Below, piece after piece: positions 50,170 to 59,748 of a stretch of DNA of 62,941 nt. Source of the DNA: Promethearchaeota archaeon. Its GTDB lineage: Archaea > Asgardarchaeota > Heimdallarchaeia > Hodarchaeales > Hodarchaeaceae. Below the pieces are notes generated by a model. The model ran no database searches, was not told the origin of the DNA, and saw only the letters and a program-made list of their open reading frames with translations. A program made the translations under genes and the position numbers. Numbering within the stretch: the first letter of the stretch is position 1; each line of letters starts with the position of its first letter. The stretch spans positions 1 to 62,941 of the forward strand of contig JBHLMN010000028.1 of the NCBI GenBank assembly GCA_048938105.1, given 5' to 3'.

Positions 50170-50955
50170 GTGCTTAAGGTGTGTGTTTTAGCTTCATCTA
50201 GTAAAGGAAACGCAACCTTTGTGCGCGTAGGTACTGATAGATTCTTAATTGATGCTGGAATCAGTGCACGAAGAATTAATAAAACACTGAGTGAAATTGG
50301 AGAGAAGATCACTGATCTAACAGGAGTTATTCTTACTCATGAACATCAGGATCATATTACTGGCGTTAAAACCTTATCTAAAAAGTTTAATCTAAAGTTC
50401 TGGGTAACATTTGATACGTATCAGAGAATACGAAAGAAAATTGGGAATTTTGATGCGGAGTTTATCGAGGTAGGGGAGGAATTTCGACCTGGGACTGAAT
50501 CAGTTATCACCCCTTACGAAATTCAACATGATGCTGTTGATCCTATTGCATTTATTGTTAAATCATGTGATAATATTCCTCTTGTAGGTTATCTTAATGA
50601 TTGCGGTAGAACCACACCTTTCTTAGTAGATGGTTTTAGGAATGTGAAAGTCTTAATAATTGAAGCTAACCATTCCTTCGATCTTCTTCTACAAAGTTCT
50701 TATCCAAATTTTTTAAAACAACGATTATTAAGTCCTAAGGGGCACCTTTCGAATTGGAGTGCTGGTGAATTTATATCTGCAACAATGCCTCAAATTGCAG
50801 TCCTTTCTCATCTCTCTGAGGAGAATAACACTCCAGAGTGCACTTTATCAGAAATCGAACCTTTGTTAACCTGCCACAATGAAAATTTAAAACCATTTTT
50901 AGTAATTGTCCCATATAAAGGACGGAGTGTCATAATTGAGACTTTCAATAAATAG
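50170..50955 (+). CDS. MBL-fold hydrolase, YycJ/WalJ-like
   Basis: LASSSKGN, THEHQDH, HDA, EANH, GHLSN, HLSEENN. Confidence 0.9.
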   Translation: MLKVCVLASSSKGNATFVRVGTDRFLIDAGISARRINKTLSEIGEKITDLTGVILTHEHQDHITGVKTLSKKFNLKFWVTFDTYQRIRKKIGNFDAEFIEVGEEFRPGTESVITPYEIQHDAVDPIAFIVKSCDNIPLVGYLNDCGRTTPFLVDGFRNVKVLIIEANHSFDLLLQSSYPNFLKQRLLSPKGHLSNWSAGEFISATMPQIAVLSHLSEENNTPECTLSEIEPLLTCHNENLKPFLVIVPYKGRSVIIETFNK

Positions 50956-51015
50956 AAGATACAATTGAAAGCATGATAAAGATAAGTAATTTCATTTTTC
51001 AGCATAGAGCTTTTA

Positions 51016-51405
51016 TCACGGATCAAAGGAAGGTTGTTGCATGTACATCTTTTTAATTGAAACTAACTCACCATTTGTAAGAGTTAATATTCCAAGCTTC
51101 TCAGCAAGTTCCCGAGCTGTAGCTGAGAATTGATTCGCACATACCATTACTTTTGCTAAACCAGGTGTACTTGTTTGTAGCCTTTCAGCTTCCAATATGA
51201 CATTGTACCCGCACGATCTAGCCCAATCTTTAACAATTACCCCAATTTTTCCGCCTATGTCAACATTTTTATCTTTTGATTGATGAACTAAATAAGAAAA
51301 TTGAACTTCTTTATCATTCTTAGCCCTTATTGTGACATTTGAATCAAAGTCAAATTGTCTGAACCGTAAAAAATCTCTTACTAAGTTATCCAACTCTAAT
51401 TCCAT
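51016..51405 (-). CDS. Mrr-like restriction-endonuclease-fold protein with a degenerate active site
   Basis: VIVKDW..CG, VCANQFSATARELA..GILTL. Confidence 0.65.
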   Translation of the reverse strand: MELELDNLVRDFLRFRQFDFDSNVTIRAKNDKEVQFSYLVHQSKDKNVDIGGKIGVIVKDWARSCGYNVILEAERLQTSTPGLAKVMVCANQFSATARELAEKLGILTLTNGELVSIKKMYMQQPSFDP

Positions 51406-52045
51406 TTCCAGCCAACCATGACTTTCCCAGTAGTGTTACAAATCAAAAGCATTTATCCTTAAAAAAGTTTACAAATCGTATTACGCAGAGGGTACCCCTC
51501 CAATCAACTTTTCAAAGGCGACAAAAGAAATAAGTCCTCTATTGGTTTTTTACCTATTTTTGTCGGTAAAAAATCTCTAATATCGCAAAAAGTATTTTTT
51601 CTTTAAATTATATATCAAATCAGTATTTATCACTTTGAATCGTTTTATATTGATTATAAATCTCTATTTTTACAATAATAATTCTTAATGTTGTTTTATT
51701 AATAAATACCTGAACTTCATGCGTTAGTATAATGATTTTTATATTCACATCTTCTTTTCTTTTAATAAAAAACAATTTTTAACGCAATTCTTTTAATCTA
51801 CTGATAGTCCTTTTATCATTCCAGAATTCTTAAAAGAATCTTTGTTGGAATCCCAGAGAGATGATGATAAATAACAAAACAAATTTCATAACTTTGTGAT
51901 TTAAATACACTAACTTTTTTAGTCATTATAAGGTAATAATCTTTCAAAGTCAAAATTCTGATTTTAATTCAATATAAGAACTCAGGTTAAAACAACTTCT
52001 CTCAAAGGATTGACCATAAGATCATCATTGGAGAAACTAATCGTA

Positions 52046-53140
52046 ATGTCGAAAAAACAAAAACGAGATGTCCAGTTAGGCTTCGATTATAAAGAATGTT
52101 GGCACCTTTTGAAAAAAACGGGTATTCCTCGTGTATCAAAGGAGAGTGTTGATGCACTAAATAAATTAGTAACACGACGAGCTCGAGAACTTGCCACGAA
52201 AGCAGTTACTTTAGCTGCAGAAAAAGATCGAGATGAGATTCTAGAAGAAGATTTCACACAAGCAGTAAGAATGTCAACTATATCAACCTATGAAATTGGA
52301 GAAGAGGCACCTTTTGTTCATTATGTGTGGTTTATCAGTGAAGGTGGAACTTGTCTTCTAAGTCGCTCTTATTCAGGATTGGAGTTTCCCGATACGATCT
52401 TTAGCGGATTATTAACTGGGATATTGGATCTTATGTCTGAAGTTACTGGTAGATTGATTGAGAAGTTCTCAACCGATGATCTGACCATTCACATAAGACG
52501 AATAGCAGATATTACAGTCGCAGTCATATGTGACAGTGAACAAAGTGATCCTATTGATGAGTTAACTGATTTATTAGCTTTTAGATTCGCTGAGGTCTTT
52601 AACGAGGAAATACAAAAGGAAGTTATAGATACAAGTATCTTCGATGATTTCACACCAGTTTTGGATGCTTTGGTAGCAAGCTCAGGATTAAAAATTCCAA
52701 TGGAAAGTTTAAGAATCATAAGAACTAGTGCTAGTCTCACTGATAAACAACTTGAGGAAACTGTTGATGCTGCGGCACTTCGCGAAGAAATGAGACGAGC
52801 TCAGGAGCGAATTCAAGATCTTGCTCTTTTTAGGAAAGATGATGAATTAGAAACTGTCGAAACATCTAAGATGGAGTCACTATTTCATGAACCTCCTGAT
52901 GTCACCGAAATAAAAGCAGTTCTACGACAAGCAACACAAGATATTCGAGAAGAATTTAATGGTGAAGAAGAACTCCCTCAAGAAGAATCAATTCTTCATG
53001 ATATTTCACGAGAAGAAGTCTTAAAAGAGATTTCAAAAGATTTCCCAGAAATTACTACCCAAAAGAAAGAACAGAAAGAAAAGTCTACCAAGAAACCTAG
53101 AAAGAAATCTAAAAGAAGACGAAAAAGAAGGAGAAAATAG
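52046..53140 (+). CDS. Histone-fold plus longin-domain fusion protein with acidic linker and polybasic tail
   Basis: Histone fold GIPRVSKES..ELATKAVTLA..RDEILEEDF; longin HYVWFISEGGTCLLSRSY..IFSGLLTGI..FDDF; C-terminus KKPRKKSKRRRKRRRK. Confidence 0.8.
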   Translation: MSKKQKRDVQLGFDYKECWHLLKKTGIPRVSKESVDALNKLVTRRARELATKAVTLAAEKDRDEILEEDFTQAVRMSTISTYEIGEEAPFVHYVWFISEGGTCLLSRSYSGLEFPDTIFSGLLTGILDLMSEVTGRLIEKFSTDDLTIHIRRIADITVAVICDSEQSDPIDELTDLLAFRFAEVFNEEIQKEVIDTSIFDDFTPVLDALVASSGLKIPMESLRIIRTSASLTDKQLEETVDAAALREEMRRAQERIQDLALFRKDDELETVETSKMESLFHEPPDVTEIKAVLRQATQDIREEFNGEEELPQEESILHDISREEVLKEISKDFPEITTQKKEQKEKSTKKPRKKSKRRRKRRRK

Positions 53141-53172
53141 AGAAAGATAAGACAAAAATGAATCCTCTTTAT

Positions 53173-55902
53173 TTAAACAATTGTATTTCTTAATTCTTTT
53201 ATACATTGCTGGTCTTCTTTATTTATACCGTATAACCTGAAAACAAGGCAATCAACAACTTTTTTCTGGTTTAACAATCTTGAAAGCTCTTTTTGTATAA
53301 CTATATTCCAATATTTTGGCCTTTTTAATTGTTCCTTCAATGAATAGTGTTTTAAAATTTCATTACTTAAACATAATCTTAGAAATTGACGTTGAGAGCT
53401 GAATGAATCTCCTGAATCCTGAAAAATATTCCAGAGCTCAGTTAAAGCCAATGTAATCTTATTTCCTGTTTTTAAACATTCTTTTACAGTTGTTTCAAGT
53501 TGAGAAATAATTGATCTATCTTCTATTCTATCAATATCTACTATTGGAAACGTTTTCAAATCATTTAATCTTATCTGAGGATAACGACTGGATTTCCTTT
53601 TTGGTTTACGAATGATATTTAAATATTCGCCAATCCAATTTCCTAGCGATGAATTCATTATTCCAAGGATAAATAGGAGAGAGTATGGTTGTATTGGACG
53701 GTAAATCAAATGAGTATTTCTAAGGGTGAAAAATTTCTGGTCATCAAGAGTTGCAATAAACTTAGTCGCAGTCTGCCTTAGAATAATTTTAGGGCTGATA
53801 AAACGATCGGAGTTTCCTGATATCATTATGACTTTCTTTTTTTCTCTTGAGATATCTTGATTACTGTCTTGAAGTTGTTTTTCAAAGTTTTTATCAAATC
53901 GCACATAAGAATTTAATAATCCTGGAACCCAAAAGAGGATATAGGATTGTTGTAAACCATTTGAGCCATCAATAACGGGATAAAAATTCTTCTTACATTT
54001 ATTAGAAAGAAAATGGGTTTTAAGGAGACTACCATATTCTAAACCACATGAAATATATACTATTTGACCAAGTTGCTTGGAATTTTCTTGAATACGAGAA
54101 AAGAAAAGTGGAGCTTTTAGGTATCTAAACATATAATTGGGTTGAGATAAAAAATGATTTTGAGAAATTCTTTGTGGCTTTCTTACTAAAGTTTCTTGCC
54201 AGATTGTTTCATGATTAGCTTTTGTTCGATTTCTCAAAATTAAGAGGGATAGGTCAACAACAGCTGTTTTTTTGTAATTATAGTTTGCCAGAACATAGTA
54301 TAAATTGTAATTCGTTAGAATAAAGTGTCGAATCTTCCCATATGAAGGCAAATCTAGGAAAGAATGATCAATAACAAAACTCAAAACACCGTTTGAAGTC
54401 AGGAAATACTGTAAGCAAATACCTAAGAATAATAAGTAGGTATTATCCCGTTTTCCACTAAATATAGGTATTAATTGTTGAAGGGTTGTTAATTTATTCT
54501 TTAAAGATGACTTTTTAGTGAAACGACTATGGAAAGCAAGATATGGAGGATTTGAAAGAATTACATCATATTTAGGCAAAGATTGATCACTTTTGGATTG
54601 AGAAATAAAGAATTCAATGAAATCTCTTTGCACTAAGTTCTTAGTGATATCAATCTTCTTGAGTCCCTTCATACAGAATAAATCAAAAAAAATATTGCTA
54701 ATTTGAATGCAATTTTGGTCAATATCATTACCATAAATTCCAGAATTGAGAATCTTCCTTCTCAAACCGATAAAAGAATTCCCTGATGATACATGTGACA
54801 TCATAGAGTTCAAAATCCATTCTAATGCAAACACCAAGAGAATTCCAGTTCCTGCTGCAGGATCATATATTTTTATGTCAGTTATTGATCTGTTCAAGTT
54901 CTGTTGATTTACGAATGAGTAAGCAACAATCGTCTCAGCAAGCTCGATTGGGGTGAAAAATCCTCCAATATTTTGATTTTTAATCTCACTGTAAATTTGT
55001 GGAGGAATCTCAATGAAATTAATAAGGTGGAGATCCAAGAACCAACAATTATCTGTTTGGGTAAAACTGTGTAGAGGATTATAAAAATGTTCTATTAATG
55101 AATCAAAAGTTGGAATATTTTCTAATTTAGAAATTAGCATTGAATAGCTAATATTATTGATCTGTTTGGATACTAGATCAAAATCATCAATTTCATTAAT
55201 GGAAATAGAGATTAAGTGATTGTTAATTATCTCCAGAATGCATTTTTGGATAGTTGAAAACATATTTGTCAATAAAATGAAACGTTGAATAACTGATTTT
55301 TCTTTTATTTCTTTAAGCAGATGTTTCATGATATATCGTTTTAAGAAGCTTATTAATTGCGTTTTCACTTGATCAATAAGATCCCATCTTAAAGCATCAC
55401 CTAGAGTTGTTAATCTTGTGTTATCTAATAACAATGAAGCCAAGAATAACTCTTCTAAACCAGGAATAATGGATGACCAAATTAAGAGATGATTATTGGA
55501 AAGTGAAAACATATAAATGGATTTTTGATCAATTAAACAGACCCAATCAGTAGAATCTGAAATAAGTTCATTTCGAATAGATTGCAAAATATATAAGTGC
55601 TTTTTTTGGATAAATATTTTATGAATTGGGATCTCTTGGAGATAGATAAAACTTATTTTCTTGAATCGCCAAAATAACTTATTTTCATCTATTTGAATTT
55701 CATTGAAAATTTCATGATATTTTTTTTCTCTTGCTTTTTTAATTAAATTTAAGAACAACTGTTGATGGGTTGAATCATTGCCATAAAATAAAGATTCTAA
55801 TGTTTCGTTTACCATAATTAATTGCTTACGATTTGGTAAAGCAGGGATTATCGATATAGGAATATTATCTTCCAAGTGGTGAGAAAATAAACTAGAATAC
55901 AT
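53173..55902 (-). CDS. Eco57I/TaqI-type N6-adenine methyltransferase with C-terminal specificity domain
   Basis: GGFFTP, DPAAGTG, NPPY, PKIILRQ, LGIMNS, D..VFRLYG. Confidence 0.87.
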   Translation of the reverse strand: MYSSLFSHHLEDNIPISIIPALPNRKQLIMVNETLESLFYGNDSTHQQLFLNLIKKAREKKYHEIFNEIQIDENKLFWRFKKISFIYLQEIPIHKIFIQKKHLYILQSIRNELISDSTDWVCLIDQKSIYMFSLSNNHLLIWSSIIPGLEELFLASLLLDNTRLTTLGDALRWDLIDQVKTQLISFLKRYIMKHLLKEIKEKSVIQRFILLTNMFSTIQKCILEIINNHLISISINEIDDFDLVSKQINNISYSMLISKLENIPTFDSLIEHFYNPLHSFTQTDNCWFLDLHLINFIEIPPQIYSEIKNQNIGGFFTPIELAETIVAYSFVNQQNLNRSITDIKIYDPAAGTGILLVFALEWILNSMMSHVSSGNSFIGLRRKILNSGIYGNDIDQNCIQISNIFFDLFCMKGLKKIDITKNLVQRDFIEFFISQSKSDQSLPKYDVILSNPPYLAFHSRFTKKSSLKNKLTTLQQLIPIFSGKRDNTYLLFLGICLQYFLTSNGVLSFVIDHSFLDLPSYGKIRHFILTNYNLYYVLANYNYKKTAVVDLSLLILRNRTKANHETIWQETLVRKPQRISQNHFLSQPNYMFRYLKAPLFFSRIQENSKQLGQIVYISCGLEYGSLLKTHFLSNKCKKNFYPVIDGSNGLQQSYILFWVPGLLNSYVRFDKNFEKQLQDSNQDISREKKKVIMISGNSDRFISPKIILRQTATKFIATLDDQKFFTLRNTHLIYRPIQPYSLLFILGIMNSSLGNWIGEYLNIIRKPKRKSSRYPQIRLNDLKTFPIVDIDRIEDRSIISQLETTVKECLKTGNKITLALTELWNIFQDSGDSFSSQRQFLRLCLSNEILKHYSLKEQLKRPKYWNIVIQKELSRLLNQKKVVDCLVFRLYGINKEDQQCIKELRNTIV

Positions 55903-57649
55903 CAGTACTCGCGTTCTTCTTTACTTCAACCTTTTCTGAATAGAATTGTCCAGCAAGATTTCTGATTATACGGTCGTTATCATATAAAATAATTTTCTCT
56001 AATGCTGAGATCACTTTATCAAGCTCAAGATCGCTGTAAGTCCCATTTCCCAAGTGGTGTAATGCATCCATTCGTTTTAGGATATTCTCTGATGTTGTAG
56101 CGATTTTTATGATCTCATTAAGAGAACTGTCTTCTATTGCTTTAGAAGATGTTATGTCATCTTCTGGAGAAACAAGGAGAGGTAACGTGATTGAAACAGT
56201 AGTTCCTTGATTGTAACCTGAGGAAGTGATTTCTAATGACCCGTCATGGGCTGTAATAATCTCTTTAGTAAGATAGAGGCCTAATCCTAAACGACTTGCT
56301 GAGGGATGAAATGTTCTAAATGGTTTTCCTACATTTTCAAGATTAGAAGACTCAATACCTACTCCACTGTCTTTCACAGTGAATTTGAGGTTTTGACCTT
56401 CATTTGTAACAGAAATATTTATTTCTACAACCCCATGGCCAGTAAACCTTATTGCATTTTCCAAAACATTTCTAATTGCTTGTGAAATGCGATTTCTATC
56501 AAGATTAACTATGTATGGTGTGGATGGGTATTGTACAATAAGATCAACACGATATTTTCGTAATAAAAATTCAAGGTCTTCAATAACCTGCTGAATGATT
56601 GGATTGAAGTTTTCACCACGAAGATTGCACTTTAATTTTCCACGACGAATCAAGGCGACATCATTTAGATCTTTTGTCAATGATTCCATTTGATCAATGT
56701 TTCGGCTAAAAACTCCTATTAACTTTGATTCTAATGCTTGTTTATCCTCTAAACTGATTCCTTTATTAATCTGTTTTTTATAATAGTCTAGATAGCCTTT
56801 TAGATTAACTATTGGTGTCCGAAGTTGGTGTTGGGTCATTGTTAGGAAGTCAAGTTTCATATCCTGAAGCTCTTTAATTGCAGATAGGTCAATTAGGACA
56901 CCTTGTACAATCACATCTTTTTCGGAATACACCCTTCTTACAATAGCATGAATAGGTATACGAGAACCATCTTTGCATAAGAGTTCAAATTCAGTATTCT
57001 CATCAGGCTGTTGATATCGGTTATAAGTGTATTTTTCTTTGGGAATCTTTCCTGTAATCAAATTTCTTTTACTCTGAAGTAAAAATCGGGCAATCTTTTC
57101 TCGATGTTCTGGAGCTACAAAAAAAGTAGGCATATGACTATATTTCTCAATTTCCTCAAATGTGTAGCCTAGCTTTTCAATAAACGCATGGTTATAGTAC
57201 TCTAAGATCCCATTCTTAAGAATAAATAGGAAATTTGGATCATTTTCAACCAATGCCTGATATTGTGCCTCAGTTGTAGATACTTTGTCCAAAATTTCTT
57301 TAATCTTGCCAATATTTCTAATAATGACAATATAGTAGTTGTCATCTAATGGTGAAATTCGTAATTGCATCCATGTTGGTTTTCCAGCTAGTGTTGTGCT
57401 TTTCCATTCGCTAATTTCAGGTATTAAATCTGAATTTGAAATGTCTATGAATTTTTGTCGGACTGAAGGATCGAGGAACGCTAAAAAGTGTTCTTTACTT
57501 AATTCTTGCTCCTCATTCAGGTGTAGGTCTTCTTTAACCTTTTTATTTGCAAAAACTGGCTTATTTTTATTAAATCTATCAAGAATTACGATTCCTGCTG
57601 GAATTTTATCAAGAAGATTAGTATCAAAAGGCATTTTTTCTGGATGCAA
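55892..57649 (-). CDS. PAS sensor histidine kinase with C-terminal HEAT-like repeat
   Basis: QHQLRTP, NVLENA, DSGVGI, LGLGL; C-terminus KRMDALHHLG..D..IRNLA. Confidence 0.88.
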   Translation of the reverse strand: MHPEKMPFDTNLLDKIPAGIVILDRFNKNKPVFANKKVKEDLHLNEEQELSKEHFLAFLDPSVRQKFIDISNSDLIPEISEWKSTTLAGKPTWMQLRISPLDDNYYIVIIRNIGKIKEILDKVSTTEAQYQALVENDPNFLFILKNGILEYYNHAFIEKLGYTFEEIEKYSHMPTFFVAPEHREKIARFLLQSKRNLITGKIPKEKYTYNRYQQPDENTEFELLCKDGSRIPIHAIVRRVYSEKDVIVQGVLIDLSAIKELQDMKLDFLTMTQHQLRTPIVNLKGYLDYYKKQINKGISLEDKQALESKLIGVFSRNIDQMESLTKDLNDVALIRRGKLKCNLRGENFNPIIQQVIEDLEFLLRKYRVDLIVQYPSTPYIVNLDRNRISQAIRNVLENAIRFTGHGVVEINISVTNEGQNLKFTVKDSGVGIESSNLENVGKPFRTFHPSASRLGLGLYLTKEIITAHDGSLEITSSGYNQGTTVSITLPLLVSPEDDITSSKAIEDSSLNEIIKIATTSENILKRMDALHHLGNGTYSDLELDKVISALEKIILYDNDRIIRNLAGQFYSEKVEVKKNASTDVF

Positions 57650-57926
57650 AGAGTTTCAGTCCTTTTCTCTTTCTCAATCTCAAATAGAGCTGATTTCAAA
57701 ATTATTTTATATCATATTCAATAGACATAGTTTTTTATTGGTTGATATAATGAAAAGCTTACATAGAACGTCTAGGTCTAGGATGATTATCCAATGAAGA
57801 ACTATCTACTAACCATGCAGGTGAAAGTTCCGCCTTGTCTTAAGCATTAACGGGTTAATAGGTAGATCGAGTAAAGAATGGAAAAACTAGAAAAGAATAT
57901 AACCAATATTAGCAGGAATGTGAAAT

Positions 57927-58553
57927 TTGATGCTGGAACGGCTAAAAGAACTTGAAACCACTCAGAACTATTCGGAAATGCTAGATGAGATTCGAAAACA
58001 TGAAAGCCTTGCCACTCAAGCTTATGCAAGATTAAGTTCTCTCATAACCAATCCCGAAATAGCAGGAATTCTCAAAGCTTTAGAAGAAATATCTATTTCT
58101 GCTACTTCGTTATTACGTCATTGTACTACTCTTCTAGAAGAAGAAGTAGTGGTTGCTCCTCTCGCAGGAGAGACCGAAGTGTCGAGTACTATTGCAACTC
58201 CAGTTGATGTCTCTAGAGATCGTGATAACATGTTTACATTAGATAGTTTAAAGACATTAATATCTGAAATCCCACCAAGTGAAATTTCGAAGGAGGATAC
58301 AAAGGTAACAGGTAAGTTTTGGTTTATAAAAGGTGGAAAAAATGAATCAATTGAATTATCTTTATCTGAAAAAGAAATCTTTGGAAAAATCCTTCTTGAT
58401 ATTCTAAAACAAATCGAAGTTGGATCAGATGAAAAGTTTTCAATTTCCCCGCTTGGATATGAAGCTTTACTTGGTTACCAACTTCTAAATTCATTTGGTC
58501 AGATTATTAAAGCATATGGAGGAGAATTTACTTTAATCAAATTGTATTCTTGA
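57927..58553 (+). CDS. Hypothetical protein (5' end possibly frameshifted)
   Basis: 208-aa ORF with a helical N-terminus. Confidence 0.6.
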   Translation: MMLERLKELETTQNYSEMLDEIRKHESLATQAYARLSSLITNPEIAGILKALEEISISATSLLRHCTTLLEEEVVVAPLAGETEVSSTIATPVDVSRDRDNMFTLDSLKTLISEIPPSEISKEDTKVTGKFWFIKGGKNESIELSLSEKEIFGKILLDILKQIEVGSDEKFSISPLGYEALLGYQLLNSFGQIIKAYGGEFTLIKLYS

Positions 58554-58749
58554 TATTTATGGTATGAAGAGAAATTTAGATGTCTTGAAACAATAATTAT
58601 GTTATTTTCTTCACTATTTTCACGTAATATAATGATGTAATCTCGAGAAAAGTTTATATTATGTATTGGATTACCGTAATTACTAGACTATTATTTTTTT
58701 TCTCATTGGATAAAATTGACACAACATACGAGAAAATGAGGTTCCTATT

Positions 58750-58989
58750 TTGGAAACAGATGAACTTGAACCTAAGACAGTTATTTTATCAGCAAACATA
58801 GCTAATAGCATAGTAGAATATATGGACCTACTTATTGAACGTGGCTATTATTCTTCACGAGAAGATATCATTCGTCAAGCTATAATAGATCTTTTCATTG
58901 ATAAATTTGAGATCAGTCTGATGGATCTTGAGCCAGATCTATTCGAATTTCCATCTTTAGAGGACATTGAAGAGCCAGAAGAAGATTAA
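58750..58989 (+). CDS. Ribbon-helix-helix (CopG-like) protein
   Basis: ILSANI..YMDLLIERGYYSSREDIIRQAI. Confidence 0.82.
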   Translation: METDELEPKTVILSANIANSIVEYMDLLIERGYYSSREDIIRQAIIDLFIDKFEISLMDLEPDLFEFPSLEDIEEPEED

Positions 58990-59143
58990 TTTTGTTATCA
59001 TAAGCACTTGAAATTCTTCATTAAAATAATTCCATAGTAATTAATTTACTGATGGATAAAGTACCATTAATTATAAGAATTATTTCTTAGAATGATAGAT
59101 TAGCCTTCATTTGAACTAATTTTCCGTTGAGTTGTATCATTAT

Positions 59144-59461
59144 ATGATTGAGATTCATTTATATGGTTCATTAAAGAAAAAAATTGACCCAAAGGCTTCA
59201 TTAGCAGTTGATACCATACTACGCCTTCCATATGTTAAGAATGAACCTTTATCTCAATTGCTAGAGAGGTTAAACATTAGTTTAGACGATTGTGGAGAGA
59301 TTTTCTGTAATGGTAAAGTTGCCACTACATCTACTTTAATCCCAAAAGGAGCACGGATTGGATTATTTTCAAAAGGCATGTATCTTTTATGTGGTGGACA
59401 ACATCTGAAAGGCCATGGATTTATCACAAAAAAACCAACCCAAGAAAGTGAATACTTCTGA
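59144..59461 (+). CDS. MoaD/ThiS-like ubiquitin-fold protein with C-terminal extension
   Basis: IEIHLYGSLK, LSQLLERLNI, IFCNG, RIGLF followed by LLCGGQHLKGHG. Confidence 0.72.
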   Translation: MIEIHLYGSLKKKIDPKASLAVDTILRLPYVKNEPLSQLLERLNISLDDCGEIFCNGKVATTSTLIPKGARIGLFSKGMYLLCGGQHLKGHGFITKKPTQESEYF

Positions 59462-59478
59462 ATGGAAGACTTTCAACA

Positions 59479-59736
59479 ATGATAGTGAAAGTAAAACTCT
59501 TTGCAACATTAAGGAGATTCGGACCTACTAATGTTAAGCTCGGAGAAAGTTTTCCAGTCTCTCTAGATGAAGCTGCTAATATAGCTACTTTGCTAAAAAA
59601 ATTAAAGATTACTGAAGATCAAGCGAAAATTATAATGATAAATGGGAATCCAGGTGAAATACGTACTATACTAAAACAGAATGATGTAGTAGCTATTTTC
59701 CCACCTGTTGGTGGTGGTGTTGGTACATATACCTAA
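59479..59736 (+). CDS. MoaD/ThiS/SAMP ubiquitin-like protein
   Basis: VKLFATLR, MING, VAIFPPVGGG followed by VGTYT. Confidence 0.88.
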   Translation: MIVKVKLFATLRRFGPTNVKLGESFPVSLDEAANIATLLKKLKITEDQAKIIMINGNPGEIRTILKQNDVVAIFPPVGGGVGTYT

Positions 59737-59748
59737 TTGCTTTTTCGA

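Noticed and set aside
43947-55902. Defence island built from two MTases and an Mrr-like gene
   Set aside because: The genes are interspersed with housekeeping-type genes, and no intact nuclease or mobility gene is evident.
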